Source of the DNA: Prevotella sp.
GTDB lineage: Bacteria; Bacteroidota; Bacteroidia; Bacteroidales; Bacteroidaceae
Length of the DNA stretch: 64,000 nucleotides
Direction: 5' to 3'
Assembly (NCBI GenBank): GCA_016286995.1
Contig: JAEEVA010000012.1
Coordinates: 6,372-70,371, forward strand
A program made the position numbers and the translations under genes. How positions within the stretch are numbered: position 1 is the first letter of the stretch; every line of letters starts with the position of its first letter. This document shows, piece by piece, positions 47,817 through 57,583 of the stretch. Below the pieces are notes generated by a model. The model saw only the letters and a list, made by a program, of their open reading frames with translations. It searched no databases and was not told where the DNA came from.

Positions 47817-49219
47817 GAAAACTTCTTGTCTATATAGGATTCATAGGACTAATTGTTTCCTGCACGCCGACGCCAGAGAACGTGCAGAAGAGCGACGCGC
47901 TGCCTCCTATCTATCCTGACTATTGCGATGTGACCATACCCGAGAACATCGCTCCGCTAAACTTCTTGCTTCGTGCTGATTGTGAAGCCATTGAGGTAAA
48001 GACAGGAGAACTGACGCTGAACGCCAGCGGCAATGAGGCTGTGTTCGACATTGACGACTGGAAGACGTTGATGCAGCAATCGACTGACAAGGAGGTAGAG
48101 GTTACCGTGACTGCCCTCATAAACGGCACATGGACACAGTATCGATCCTTCAAGTGGCAGGTGGTCAAGGACAAGATAGATCCCTATCTCACCTATCGTC
48201 TGATAGAGCCTGACTACGAAATTTGGAACCATGTGCAGATTCAGCAACGCTGTGTGGAAAACTTCGATGTGAATGCGCTCGGACATTATGAACAGTTGGA
48301 GAACCGCTGTATGAACTGTCATACCTATGCCAATCAAGATCCTCAGCTATCGATGATGTATGTCAGAGGACCTAGCGGTGGTGCCATCCTGAATCAGCAC
48401 GGCCAGTTGAGCAAGTTGAATATCCCTGGAAGCGTCTATTTCGGTTTTAGTCCTTCTGGACGCTACATCACTTATTCCACCCAGAAGATTATCCCCGCTT
48501 TTCATAGTCTGGCCAGCAAACGATTGGAGGTTTACGATGCTGCATCGAATGTCTATGTGGCTGATATGCAGGAGCATCGTGTTATCTCGTCACCTTTGCT
48601 TTCTGATAGTTTAAAGTTCGAGACCTTCCCCTCGTTCTCGTCCGACGGCAAGTACATCTATTATTGCAGTGCCGACACTGTGAGTCTACCACAAGATATC
48701 AAGAATCTGCAATACAGTCTTGTTCGTATTCCTTTCGACGAGAATACGGGCACTATTGGCACCAAAATTGACACACTTTTTAGCGAGCGGAGTGTTTGTC
48801 ATCCTCGCATCTCGCCCGACGGAAAATTCATTCTCTATACCGTAGCCGACTACGGCACCTTCCCCATCTGGCATCCAGAGGCCGATCTGCAAATGATGAA
48901 TCTACAGACGGGCGCTGTTGATACCCTTGGCATCGTGAACAGCCCCAAAAGCGACACATACCACTCCTGGTCGTCAAACAGCCGCTGGTTTGTCTTCGCC
49001 TCTAAGCGCGACGACGGACTATACGGCAAACCTTATTTCTGCTACGTAGACAAAGACGGCAAGGCCCACAAGCCATTCTGCCTGCCACAAAAACATCCGA
49101 CATTCTACGATAATAGTCTGAAATCGTTTAATGCTCCAGAAATCGGTAAAGGGAAGTTACCATTCGACGTGAATGACGTGGTAAAGGCCATGAAACAGGA
49201 ACCTGTCACATTCGAATAA
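47813..49219 (+). CDS. TolB-like/PD40 beta-propeller lipoprotein with CxxCH (copy 1)
   Basis: 'IYPDY..VTIP.NIAPLNF', 'CMNCH', 'SPDGK', 'WSSNSRWFVFASKRDDG'. Confidence 0.75.
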   Translation: MRKLLVYIGFIGLIVSCTPTPENVQKSDALPPIYPDYCDVTIPENIAPLNFLLRADCEAIEVKTGELTLNASGNEAVFDIDDWKTLMQQSTDKEVEVTVTALINGTWTQYRSFKWQVVKDKIDPYLTYRLIEPDYEIWNHVQIQQRCVENFDVNALGHYEQLENRCMNCHTYANQDPQLSMMYVRGPSGGAILNQHGQLSKLNIPGSVYFGFSPSGRYITYSTQKIIPAFHSLASKRLEVYDAASNVYVADMQEHRVISSPLLSDSLKFETFPSFSSDGKYIYYCSADTVSLPQDIKNLQYSLVRIPFDENTGTIGTKIDTLFSERSVCHPRISPDGKFILYTVADYGTFPIWHPEADLQMMNLQTGAVDTLGIVNSPKSDTYHSWSSNSRWFVFASKRDDGLYGKPYFCYVDKDGKAHKPFCLPQKHPTFYDNSLKSFNAPEIGKGKLPFDVNDVVKAMKQEPVTFE

Positions 49220-49246
49220 AAATGGCGGCCAATTGTGCCGCCATCT
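49220..49246. terminator. Bidirectional terminator between convergent genes
   Basis: atggcggc-caattgt-gccgccat. Confidence 0.7.
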
Positions 49247-50719
49247 TTATTTCACTTTTGTCTCTATGCGCTTATCCGACGCTATTTCGCGCCCTGCCTC
49301 GTAGGCATCAAAATCCACCTTCGTCATCGTGAAGTCTGGTGTATTGAATGAATAGAGGCTCTCGCCATAGTATTCCTGAGGATGGCGCTGAGGCAACAGG
49401 AAGGGTTTCGAGAAACGGCCCTGATCGTCGACACTCGCCAGATAGAGACGACTGTAAAGTCCGTCGTCACGTCGGCTGGTGAAGACAATCCAGTGGGAAT
49501 TGATGTTCCAATTGTGATAGCTGTCGGCCTTCAGACTATTGATTTCCTTTATCTCACGGGCTTCTCCTGTCTGTAAGTTCAGCAGCCACTGGTCGCTCTC
49601 GTTATGCCAGATGGAGAAATATCCGTAGTCTATCAGCGTAAAGAGAATAAACTTGCCGTCATAGCTGGGACGAGGCCAGGTGAGGCTCTTACCCATAGCC
49701 ACAGCGTTGAATAGCGTGTCCACCTGATTGCCAAACTTACCTGTCTCAGGATCGAATGCTATCCTGCAGAGATTATACTTCTCGTCTTTATAATGCATGG
49801 GGTAGTCCTGCTGGCGACAGGTCATATAATACAGTGTCTTGCCATCAGGAGAAAAGACCGGGGAGTTCTCGCTCCAATCCTTCGTAGAGAGCAGCGAGTC
49901 CTGAATAATCTCATGGGTAGCGGGGTTATAGACGAAGACATCGCTTGAGAGATCAAACACTTCGATACGTTCATTGGGGACGACATGGAATCCCTGACGC
50001 GTCTGATTGGTGGAGAAAGCGCAGTATTTACCACTCGGATGCCAGTAGGGATAGACCATCGAACCGCCGAGCATATCATTTTTCGCCTTCAGCCATTCGC
50101 GCTTCCCGTCTATCTGAAACATGGTGGCACCATGGTCACCACGAACGTGGAAGACAAACTTCGAGGGATCGGTCTGATGGGCTGTATGGCAGTTGACGCA
50201 CATGCCTGGCACCTGGGTATTCTCGATGATGGCATATTCATCAAACGTCGAGAGGTCACGCTGGTAGAGCCCCATCTTGCTGAACACCTCGTAGCCTGGG
50301 GCGATACGCCGATAGGTCAGCCCCCACTCGTCGAGCGCATAGGTGCTGACGTAGACCTTGAAGTCCTTGTATTGCTTCCACTGGCCGTCCTGCTCTGTGC
50401 AAACGGTGAAAGTAAGTTCGCCGCCTTTGTTCTGGGCAACAAGCTCATGCCAGTCAGCTATATTGAAGTCGGCATAGCCACCCTGCGCATGCAGTGCTCC
50501 GCCATTACTGCCCTTCACCACCACATCCATACAGTCGATGATCTCGTCAGCAAAGTTGAAGTTCAGCGGTGCAATCTCCGCCGGAATCGTCACGCCGACA
50601 TAATCAGGATATATCTCCGGCAACGCATCAACCATCGTAGGATTCACAGGTCTCTTCTCACACCCAGCAAACCCTAACATCGCTACTAACCCTGCTATTC
50701 CTAATAATATCTTTCTCAT
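49247..50719 (-). CDS. TolB-like/PD40 beta-propeller lipoprotein with CxxCH (copy 2)
   Basis: FAGC lipobox, 'CVNCH' and PD40 repeats. Start set at MRKILL (ATGA overlap). Confidence 0.75.
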   Translation of the reverse strand: MRKILLGIAGLVAMLGFAGCEKRPVNPTMVDALPEIYPDYVGVTIPAEIAPLNFNFADEIIDCMDVVVKGSNGGALHAQGGYADFNIADWHELVAQNKGGELTFTVCTEQDGQWKQYKDFKVYVSTYALDEWGLTYRRIAPGYEVFSKMGLYQRDLSTFDEYAIIENTQVPGMCVNCHTAHQTDPSKFVFHVRGDHGATMFQIDGKREWLKAKNDMLGGSMVYPYWHPSGKYCAFSTNQTRQGFHVVPNERIEVFDLSSDVFVYNPATHEIIQDSLLSTKDWSENSPVFSPDGKTLYYMTCRQQDYPMHYKDEKYNLCRIAFDPETGKFGNQVDTLFNAVAMGKSLTWPRPSYDGKFILFTLIDYGYFSIWHNESDQWLLNLQTGEAREIKEINSLKADSYHNWNINSHWIVFTSRRDDGLYSRLYLASVDDQGRFSKPFLLPQRHPQEYYGESLYSFNTPDFTMTKVDFDAYEAGREIASDKRIETKVK

Positions 50720-52287
50720 TTCCCTTCCATTAAATAGTACCAAACCGTATTCTTATACATTTCCAGTAAAGCATGATTACGATATGCCTGCGAGAACTGA
50801 TTGAAATGTTGTAACACCGACGGACTGACAGCTCCTTGCGGGGGTTGCTGCTGACGGCTGGCATAGGCAAAAGCCACGGCCTCCTGACAGGAACGCGGAT
50901 TATACTGAGTCCGTTCTGCCACAAATGACTGGTAATTCATAAACTTATTGATGTCACGCTGCAACAGGGGATAGAGCAGTAGATACTGCACAGCCACATG
51001 ATTCGTGCATGACTGCATGACAAGCTGACCGCAGATTTTATCTATCTCCTTATCACTGAACAGCAAATCGTCAGTCAGACGCACCGTACGCATATGGCCG
51101 TAAAGAGGATGTTGGTTAATCGCCTCCTCGTTGCCCAACAGATTCATGGTACGACGAGCCCACTTGCTGTAGAAGAGTGTTTTCTCCAACATCTTCAAGT
51201 ATTTGCGTGCCACGTCGTATTGCCCATTAATGAGATTGGTCTCAGCCAAACGACGTATGCAGCGAGCACTCTTTTCACAATTGGGAATGGCTTCCATAGC
51301 CTCGAAAGCAAACCGCTGGGCGGTATTAACAAGCCCCAATTGAAAGTAGGCTTCGCCAGTAACCAGTAGCGAGTTGAAGTTTCGCTCAAACTTAGGCAGG
51401 AGTCCCACAGTACCGTTTTGATAGTAGTCGAAGGCACGTTCACCCAGTTCGCCTTTCATGGCCAGTGCCAGATTATTGGCACAAACGCTCATCGGCAGGT
51501 CGGGAGATTTCTGGTCAGCCTTGGCTATGATGTCATCCCAGCGGCCTTGACGCACCAAGTAATCGTACTCGATGAGTTCATAGGTACGTGCCTTGTAACC
51601 CTTAAGTGTAGGAATATTTCCCTGAAAGCGGTAGTAACCCAAACCGCCCCACAACACACGAACGGGATAAGGCGACACGAAGCTACTCAACCAGACGACG
51701 ACCGGACAGACAATGACAGGCAGAATTGTGTACTTTTGTGTATACAGGCTAAGACCAGCTACCCAGCATGCCAAAATGACAAACAACGGTCCTGCTATCC
51801 AATAGGTGATGACAATAAGTAGTATGTTCCACCAGATATTGAGCCTCAGGCTGAGAAGCATGACAGCCAGCACGATGTCAAGGGATACGACAAAGCCTAA
51901 CAACAGATTCTCATCGCCCATCATATACCATACGAATAGCGCAGGCAGGAAAGATAATGGATAATAGAAAATGGATAATGGATTATGGACCTTGCTTCTC
52001 ATCAGTCGCCAAGTGATGAGTTGCATCAGTACAAGCAGCACGGCAATGATAGCCGCCCCGACTACCACGACATTATAGAACTGCACTAGAAATTCAGCCA
52101 CATAGCGTGCCAGTCCACTCGGTTCAGCCATGCGCGACATGAAATAGTCATCGTCGAGCAGAAACAGTTGGAATTGCTCCTGATAGCTGAGTGCAAATGG
52201 ATAACGCAACCACCAGAACAACCACACCACAATGCCGAAAAGCAGTGTCAGCCCTATCTTCCAGACTTTACTCAGGGATTTCTTCAT
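50716..52287 (-). CDS. DUF6057-like membrane protein (copy 2)
   Basis: 'LSYQEQFQLF', 'YDYLVRQGRWDDII', 'AQRFAFEA'. Confidence 0.7.
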   Translation of the reverse strand: MKKSLSKVWKIGLTLLFGIVVWLFWWLRYPFALSYQEQFQLFLLDDDYFMSRMAEPSGLARYVAEFLVQFYNVVVVGAAIIAVLLVLMQLITWRLMRSKVHNPLSIFYYPLSFLPALFVWYMMGDENLLLGFVVSLDIVLAVMLLSLRLNIWWNILLIVITYWIAGPLFVILACWVAGLSLYTQKYTILPVIVCPVVVWLSSFVSPYPVRVLWGGLGYYRFQGNIPTLKGYKARTYELIEYDYLVRQGRWDDIIAKADQKSPDLPMSVCANNLALAMKGELGERAFDYYQNGTVGLLPKFERNFNSLLVTGEAYFQLGLVNTAQRFAFEAMEAIPNCEKSARCIRRLAETNLINGQYDVARKYLKMLEKTLFYSKWARRTMNLLGNEEAINQHPLYGHMRTVRLTDDLLFSDKEIDKICGQLVMQSCTNHVAVQYLLLYPLLQRDINKFMNYQSFVAERTQYNPRSCQEAVAFAYASRQQQPPQGAVSPSVLQHFNQFSQAYRNHALLEMYKNTVWYYLMEGK

Positions 52288-52924
52288 TTGTGTCTGCATT
52301 CATCGTGACAATTCGACCGTCAGGAAGCTGGCGCTTATATGTCAGCGGATAGAGGCTCTTCAGGAAATCGCCCAATACACTGCCTTCCATGTTTTTTGCC
52401 AGCTGGCGGGTATAGTTCTTATACACCAGATGGAAGCTGTCGGCACGCTGCTTGATAGCCTTGGCCTGTAGGCTGTCGCCTCGCTTCTCCAGATTCTCGA
52501 TGTTCCTTCGCATCATGACCAATTGTTCGTTATGGGTTTCCGTCTGGATCTTCCACTGCTCAAGTGAGTCGTTCTGAGGCGTTCCTATTGCGTGGCTGAT
52601 GCTATCAATGGTCACTTTGACAACACCTGGTTCACCGACGACAAGTAGCGGCTGAAGACCTAGGCGATAATGGTAGTCGAGCACGATTTTGTACATCTGC
52701 ATCGAATCTTTCGTAAAATGGAACTTCCCATTAGTGATCTCCATCGAATCAACATACTCTGCCGTTTTCTTGCCATTGAAGGGTACAATGAAAATTCGCT
52801 TCCCCTCATACTGTTCTCCATTCACAATGCCCTCGATATGGCATTTTCCGTCATTGTCCTGCTGACAGCTATAGAACATTGTCGCAGCTGTCAAAGCGGC
52901 AAAACATAATAGAATCTTCTTCAT
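52268..52924 (-). CDS. DUF4369-domain lipoprotein
   Basis: FYSC lipobox, 'VDSMEITNGKFHF', 'GTPQNDSL'. Confidence 0.7.
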   Translation of the reverse strand: MKKILLCFAALTAATMFYSCQQDNDGKCHIEGIVNGEQYEGKRIFIVPFNGKKTAEYVDSMEITNGKFHFTKDSMQMYKIVLDYHYRLGLQPLLVVGEPGVVKVTIDSISHAIGTPQNDSLEQWKIQTETHNEQLVMMRRNIENLEKRGDSLQAKAIKQRADSFHLVYKNYTRQLAKNMEGSVLGDFLKSLYPLTYKRQLPDGRIVTMNADTNEEIPE

Positions 52925-52926
52925 CT

Positions 52927-54387
52927 TTATCTAATCTTTACTTGTTCTCGTTTATTGTCATACACCTGCCTGTAGGCTTCATGTGCATCCAGCTCAACCC
53001 TCGTTCTGGTGAAATCAGGACAGTTATAGGCATCCATCATCTCCCGATAGAACTTCCGGGGATTGCGCTGCGGCAGGAGGAAGGGCTTGCTGAAACGACC
53101 CTTATCGTCAACATGCGCCAAATAAAGCTTGGTGTACATACCATCCTCGCGCTTGCTGCTAAACACCGTCCATCGGCTGTTGTCACTCCAGTTGTGGAAA
53201 CTCTCAATTTGTGGACTATTCAGTTCATCCAGTTTACGGCTTTCGCCCGTCTTCAAATCCATCAGCCATAGGTCGGCATCGTTCTGGCTCACGGGGAAAT
53301 TACCACGACTGCTCACACAATACATCAGCCACTTGCCATCATAGCTGGGACGCGCCAACACATAGCTCTGATCCGTAGCCGGACCATTCAGCAGTGTATC
53401 CACCACCTCGCCAAAGGTGCCTTTCTCCGCATCGAAAGCAATCCGACACAGGGAGCACTTCACCTTTTCATACTCCGCTGGTACCCGACAAGGCTTCGAT
53501 GAACTATAGTAGAGCCAACGGCCATCGTGCGAGAATGCGGGAAATATCTCTAAGTCGTCAGTCTGCAGCAGAGGCGAGAGAATCAGTTCATTGGTACGAA
53601 TATCCAGCACCTCTACATTGCTGAAGCGATGATACACCTCGATGCGCTGAGCTGTTCCTGTGAAGAAACTCTGATGGACACTATTGACAGCCAAAGCCAA
53701 ATAGTTGCCGTCAGGATGCCAATAGCTATAGGAGCCAGCAGCCTTGGTAGAATCAGTCTTGGTGTCCAACCACATCTGATGTCCGTCCTTCTGTATCATG
53801 GTGCCACCGCCTTCGCCACGTATCTGCATAGAGAGACGGTTGGGATTGGTACGGTTGGCTGTGTGGCAATTGAAGCAACGGCCAGGCACAGCAGTCTCTG
53901 TGAGTATGGCATATTCATCGAAGGTATTCAGTTCGCGCTGGTAGATACCGATATCGCCACCTACCTCGTAGCCGGGTTTGATACGTCGGTAAGTCAGACC
54001 CCACTCGTCGAGCTGATCTGGGCTAACGAAGACATCAAAGTCCTGATACTGAGTCCATTTGCCATCTTTCTCAATGCATACAGTAAAAGTAATCTTTCCG
54101 CCTTGATTCTGCGTTGTCAGCTCACGCCAGTCGTCAATGTCGAAGTCTGCCCAGTCGCCATTGGCATGAATCTTACCACCCTTGCTGCCCTTTACGACCA
54201 CATCCATACAGTCAATATCCTCGTCGGCAAAGTTAAAATTCAGCGGCGCTATGTCCGCAGGGATTGTCACCCCGATATAGTCGGGATAGATGTCTGGCAG
54301 CCGCTCCACCATCGTCGGATTTTCAGGTGTCCTACTGCACCCTAATAACGCTACTATTGCAATAATCACTAACAAGAATCTCCTCAT
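52927..54387 (-). CDS. TolB-like/PD40 beta-propeller lipoprotein with CxxCH (copy 3)
   Basis: LLGC lipobox, 'CFNCH' and PD40 repeats. Confidence 0.75.
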   Translation of the reverse strand: MRRFLLVIIAIVALLGCSRTPENPTMVERLPDIYPDYIGVTIPADIAPLNFNFADEDIDCMDVVVKGSKGGKIHANGDWADFDIDDWRELTTQNQGGKITFTVCIEKDGKWTQYQDFDVFVSPDQLDEWGLTYRRIKPGYEVGGDIGIYQRELNTFDEYAILTETAVPGRCFNCHTANRTNPNRLSMQIRGEGGGTMIQKDGHQMWLDTKTDSTKAAGSYSYWHPDGNYLALAVNSVHQSFFTGTAQRIEVYHRFSNVEVLDIRTNELILSPLLQTDDLEIFPAFSHDGRWLYYSSSKPCRVPAEYEKVKCSLCRIAFDAEKGTFGEVVDTLLNGPATDQSYVLARPSYDGKWLMYCVSSRGNFPVSQNDADLWLMDLKTGESRKLDELNSPQIESFHNWSDNSRWTVFSSKREDGMYTKLYLAHVDDKGRFSKPFLLPQRNPRKFYREMMDAYNCPDFTRTRVELDAHEAYRQVYDNKREQVKIR

Positions 54388-55865
54388 TGGCTCCTCCTTT
54401 CTCCCATCATCCGTTTCACGTAACTGGCATACGGCGAACCAGGCGCATTGCCCTGCATCTGGATACAGTGCATCACGTCCTGATAGCCCAATGGCATTTG
54501 GCGGTAGCCGCCATACTGCTGGGCGAGTCCTAAATACTGCCGGAAACCTTGTAGATTTCCTTTCAAGAGCATCTGCCCAAAGAAGTAGTCCAGTGCCATC
54601 TTATTCTGGTTATTGTTCATAAGCAGTAGCCCCAGCATCTTGTCCATCTCCTCATAGCTATAGAGGAAGTTCTCCTTGTACCTCAGTTGGCGTAGTCTAC
54701 CATATAGAGGGTGCGTATTGATTTTCGTTTCATCTTTTATCAACGCCTCAGCATCCTTAGCCCAACTGCGATAAAACAGGCTCTTTTTCAACAAGTCGAG
54801 CTGCTTGGCCGCCGTCTGGTAATGTCCGTTTACAATCATACATTCGGCAATGCGCTTCGTACAGCGCCCGCTCTTCTTTCCATTCAGTATCGACTCCTGT
54901 GTGTCGAACATATAGCGCTGTGCCGAATTTACCATTCCCAGACGCCAGAAGGCCTCTGCCGATGGCAGCATCGAGGTCAGGTCTCTTGTCCTGGGCATGA
55001 TCAACGCATCCTCTCCGCTCTGGTAGAAATCAAACATCCGGTCTGCCAACAGTCGTTTCTGTGACAAGGCCAGATTCACGCAGTTCGACCAGAAGGGTGT
55101 CCTGACCTGATACTCCCCTGCCCGCTTCACAATGTCATCCCATCGTTCGTTCCTCACGAGATAGTCCTGACGAATCAGTTCGTACATATCCTTGTCGTAA
55201 CCACTCCACTGGGGATAGTGCAGGGGAATACGGTAATAGTTCAATCCAGTCATTGCCTGCTGCAAAGGCCATTGGGGCAACAGCCAGGCATACACCATCA
55301 GCTGTACAGCCACTAACCAGCCCGCAGTCCAAAGATGTCTCCATCCTATTTGAATGGCCTGTATGATGACATACAGCCATACCGCCGGACCTATCAGCCA
55401 ATAAGCCACAGGCAGAATCAGAAAATCTATCCATGAGAGGGACTTCGCCAGACGAATATTGGCTAAAATCAAGGCCAATACGACAGCCACTGGCAGCGAC
55501 AACAAGACATTGATATCCCCCATCAACCACCACATTACTGCAACGGGCAACACACTCAGCCACCACCATGTCTTTGGCAACAGTCTGGCTGTCAGCCATT
55601 GCAGCACCATAAATAGTAGTGCTAACGACAGCGTCCCAAGCCACTCCACATAATAGAACTGTACGATAAACTCCCCTAACCAATCTGCCAAACCTCCAGG
55701 CAGGCTGATCTTTTCCAAGAAGTAATCCCCAGTCCAAAGGAACAGCTGATACTGTTCCTGATACGACAGGGCATGAGGATAGTATACATACCAGAACAGG
55801 AACATGCCGATGCCAACCAGCACCGACAGCCCCCAATTCCAGTATCTCTGTATTCCTATCTTCAT
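54384..55865 (-). CDS. DUF6057-like membrane protein (copy 3)
   Basis: 'LSYQEQYQLF...GGLADWLGEFIVQFYY'. Start set at MKIGIQ, with its own TAATTTTG at 55874-55881. Confidence 0.7.
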   Translation of the reverse strand: MKIGIQRYWNWGLSVLVGIGMFLFWYVYYPHALSYQEQYQLFLWTGDYFLEKISLPGGLADWLGEFIVQFYYVEWLGTLSLALLFMVLQWLTARLLPKTWWWLSVLPVAVMWWLMGDINVLLSLPVAVVLALILANIRLAKSLSWIDFLILPVAYWLIGPAVWLYVIIQAIQIGWRHLWTAGWLVAVQLMVYAWLLPQWPLQQAMTGLNYYRIPLHYPQWSGYDKDMYELIRQDYLVRNERWDDIVKRAGEYQVRTPFWSNCVNLALSQKRLLADRMFDFYQSGEDALIMPRTRDLTSMLPSAEAFWRLGMVNSAQRYMFDTQESILNGKKSGRCTKRIAECMIVNGHYQTAAKQLDLLKKSLFYRSWAKDAEALIKDETKINTHPLYGRLRQLRYKENFLYSYEEMDKMLGLLLMNNNQNKMALDYFFGQMLLKGNLQGFRQYLGLAQQYGGYRQMPLGYQDVMHCIQMQGNAPGSPYASYVKRMMGERRSQ

Positions 55866-55921
55866 AATCGTTGCAAAATTACAACAATTCTCTGAGACTG
55901 CCAAACAATCTTTCGAAAAAG

Positions 55922-55949
55922 CGCCCTGCGGCAGAAGAGCTGCAGGGCG
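55922..55949 (-). terminator. Terminator of the susCD-lipoprotein transcript
   Basis: cgccctgcggc...gctgcagggcg with a U-tract on the minus strand. Confidence 0.65.
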
Positions 55950-56019
55950 GTGATTTAGAGAGAGATTGAAATGCTCAATGTTCAATAATCATTATTCATT
56001 CTTCAATGTTCAATCGGGA

Positions 56020-57555
56020 TTACTTAGCCTTGAAGTGCCAGAAGGTAGCCTCACCCCAGTTGCCAAGTGAACCGTAGTCACCCTTGTCGGGATATACGAG
56101 CGTCATCTTTTCGTTGGTAACGTAGACAACCTCGTACTCTCCGGGAATCGGGTCCACACCGTTATCCTTCCAGTTAATCTGATACGGCCACAGGATGGAC
56201 GTGGTATACAGGTCGTACTTCTTCCAAGCGTTATCCTTGACAGGCTTGAATTCATAGGTTCCTGAATTAATGACACTGCCATCGGCCTTGTAACTGGTTA
56301 GGATACCATCGGTACCGAATGTCATATAAGCATCAAGGTCGCCATCACCATTATTCACACCATTGTGAGAGTGCTGCAGCTGACCGTTGAACTCTTCAGT
56401 GCTGGTGACACCCCACCACTGGCCATTACCAGACTTACCGACATCTGCACCGTCACCGCCGCAGTAACCCATGTTACCCCAGACGGCACCTGTGATTGAG
56501 GGATCCCATGTCCAATCCTTACCCTTCTCGTAGCCAGCAACCATGCCAAGGAGATCGCTGTCACTGTAGAAGTGCCAGAAGGTAGCCTCACCCCAGTTGC
56601 CAAGTTCTCCATACTTACCACCATCAGGATAAACGAGGGTCATCTTATCAGAAGTCAGGTAACAAATCTCATAGGTTCCAGGAATAGCCTCGTAGCCATT
56701 ATCCTTCCAGTTAATCTGGTATGGCCACAGGATGGCATCGGTTACAAGGTCGCCAACCTTCCATGCATCAGGATTCGAGTTGTCATAGCCTTCAACCTTG
56801 AAAGAGTTTTTACGAATGACATTACCTGCCTTGTCATAGCTGGTGACTGTACCGTCCTCGTTGAATACCATGTAGGCATCGAGATCACCGTCACCATGGT
56901 TGGTGCCATCCTCTGTATGCTGCAGCTGATTATTGAACTCTTCTGACGTGGTGATACCCCACCACTGTCCGTTACCGCTGACACCGACATCTCTACCTGC
57001 ACCGCCGCAGTAACCCATGTTACCCCAGACAGCGCCTGTAATAGAGGTATCCCACTTCCAGACCTTTTCACCGTAGTCGTTCGAACAGAGCAGCTTCATC
57101 TCGTAAGCCATGTCGCTGGGCACGGCAACAGTAAAGTCCTTGTAACTCTGAACACTCTTACCATCTTGGTTAGTGTAGCGGAAGATAACAGTCTGATTGG
57201 GACTGGAACCACGACGTGGCATCAGTATGAACATACCACCACCAGTATAAGTGAAAGTACCCGTCACTGCATTCTGAAGCATCTTCTCAGAACCATCTTC
57301 ATTAAGCGTAAAGATATTCAGACCTGTAACACCAGGAATATTGAACTGAATATAGTTACCGTCAGCAGCCTCGGTATAGCCAGTCACGTTACCATTCTCG
57401 TCAACAACAGCAGCAAACTGCTTGAAGGTGGCATTCGCCAAGAGCTGGTCTTCCGAGATTTCTGTCACGCTCAGGCTCTCGTCATCCTTGATGGGATTAC
57501 AGGAAGACAGGACGCCCAGTGCTACAGCTGCGAATATAATAAATGATTTTTTCAT
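56020..57555 (-). CDS. Surface lipoprotein with two tandem Trp-rich domains (putative glycan-binding protein)
   Basis: LSSC lipobox and a duplicated unit 'W.WD.SITGAVWGNMGYCGG...GNWGEATFWHF'; located directly after susD. Confidence 0.7.
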   Translation of the reverse strand: MKKSFIIFAAVALGVLSSCNPIKDDESLSVTEISEDQLLANATFKQFAAVVDENGNVTGYTEAADGNYIQFNIPGVTGLNIFTLNEDGSEKMLQNAVTGTFTYTGGGMFILMPRRGSSPNQTVIFRYTNQDGKSVQSYKDFTVAVPSDMAYEMKLLCSNDYGEKVWKWDTSITGAVWGNMGYCGGAGRDVGVSGNGQWWGITTSEEFNNQLQHTEDGTNHGDGDLDAYMVFNEDGTVTSYDKAGNVIRKNSFKVEGYDNSNPDAWKVGDLVTDAILWPYQINWKDNGYEAIPGTYEICYLTSDKMTLVYPDGGKYGELGNWGEATFWHFYSDSDLLGMVAGYEKGKDWTWDPSITGAVWGNMGYCGGDGADVGKSGNGQWWGVTSTEEFNGQLQHSHNGVNNGDGDLDAYMTFGTDGILTSYKADGSVINSGTYEFKPVKDNAWKKYDLYTTSILWPYQINWKDNGVDPIPGEYEVVYVTNEKMTLVYPDKGDYGSLGNWGEATFWHFKAK

Positions 57556-57583
57556 ATTGTCTATAATCGTTAATAGTTACACA

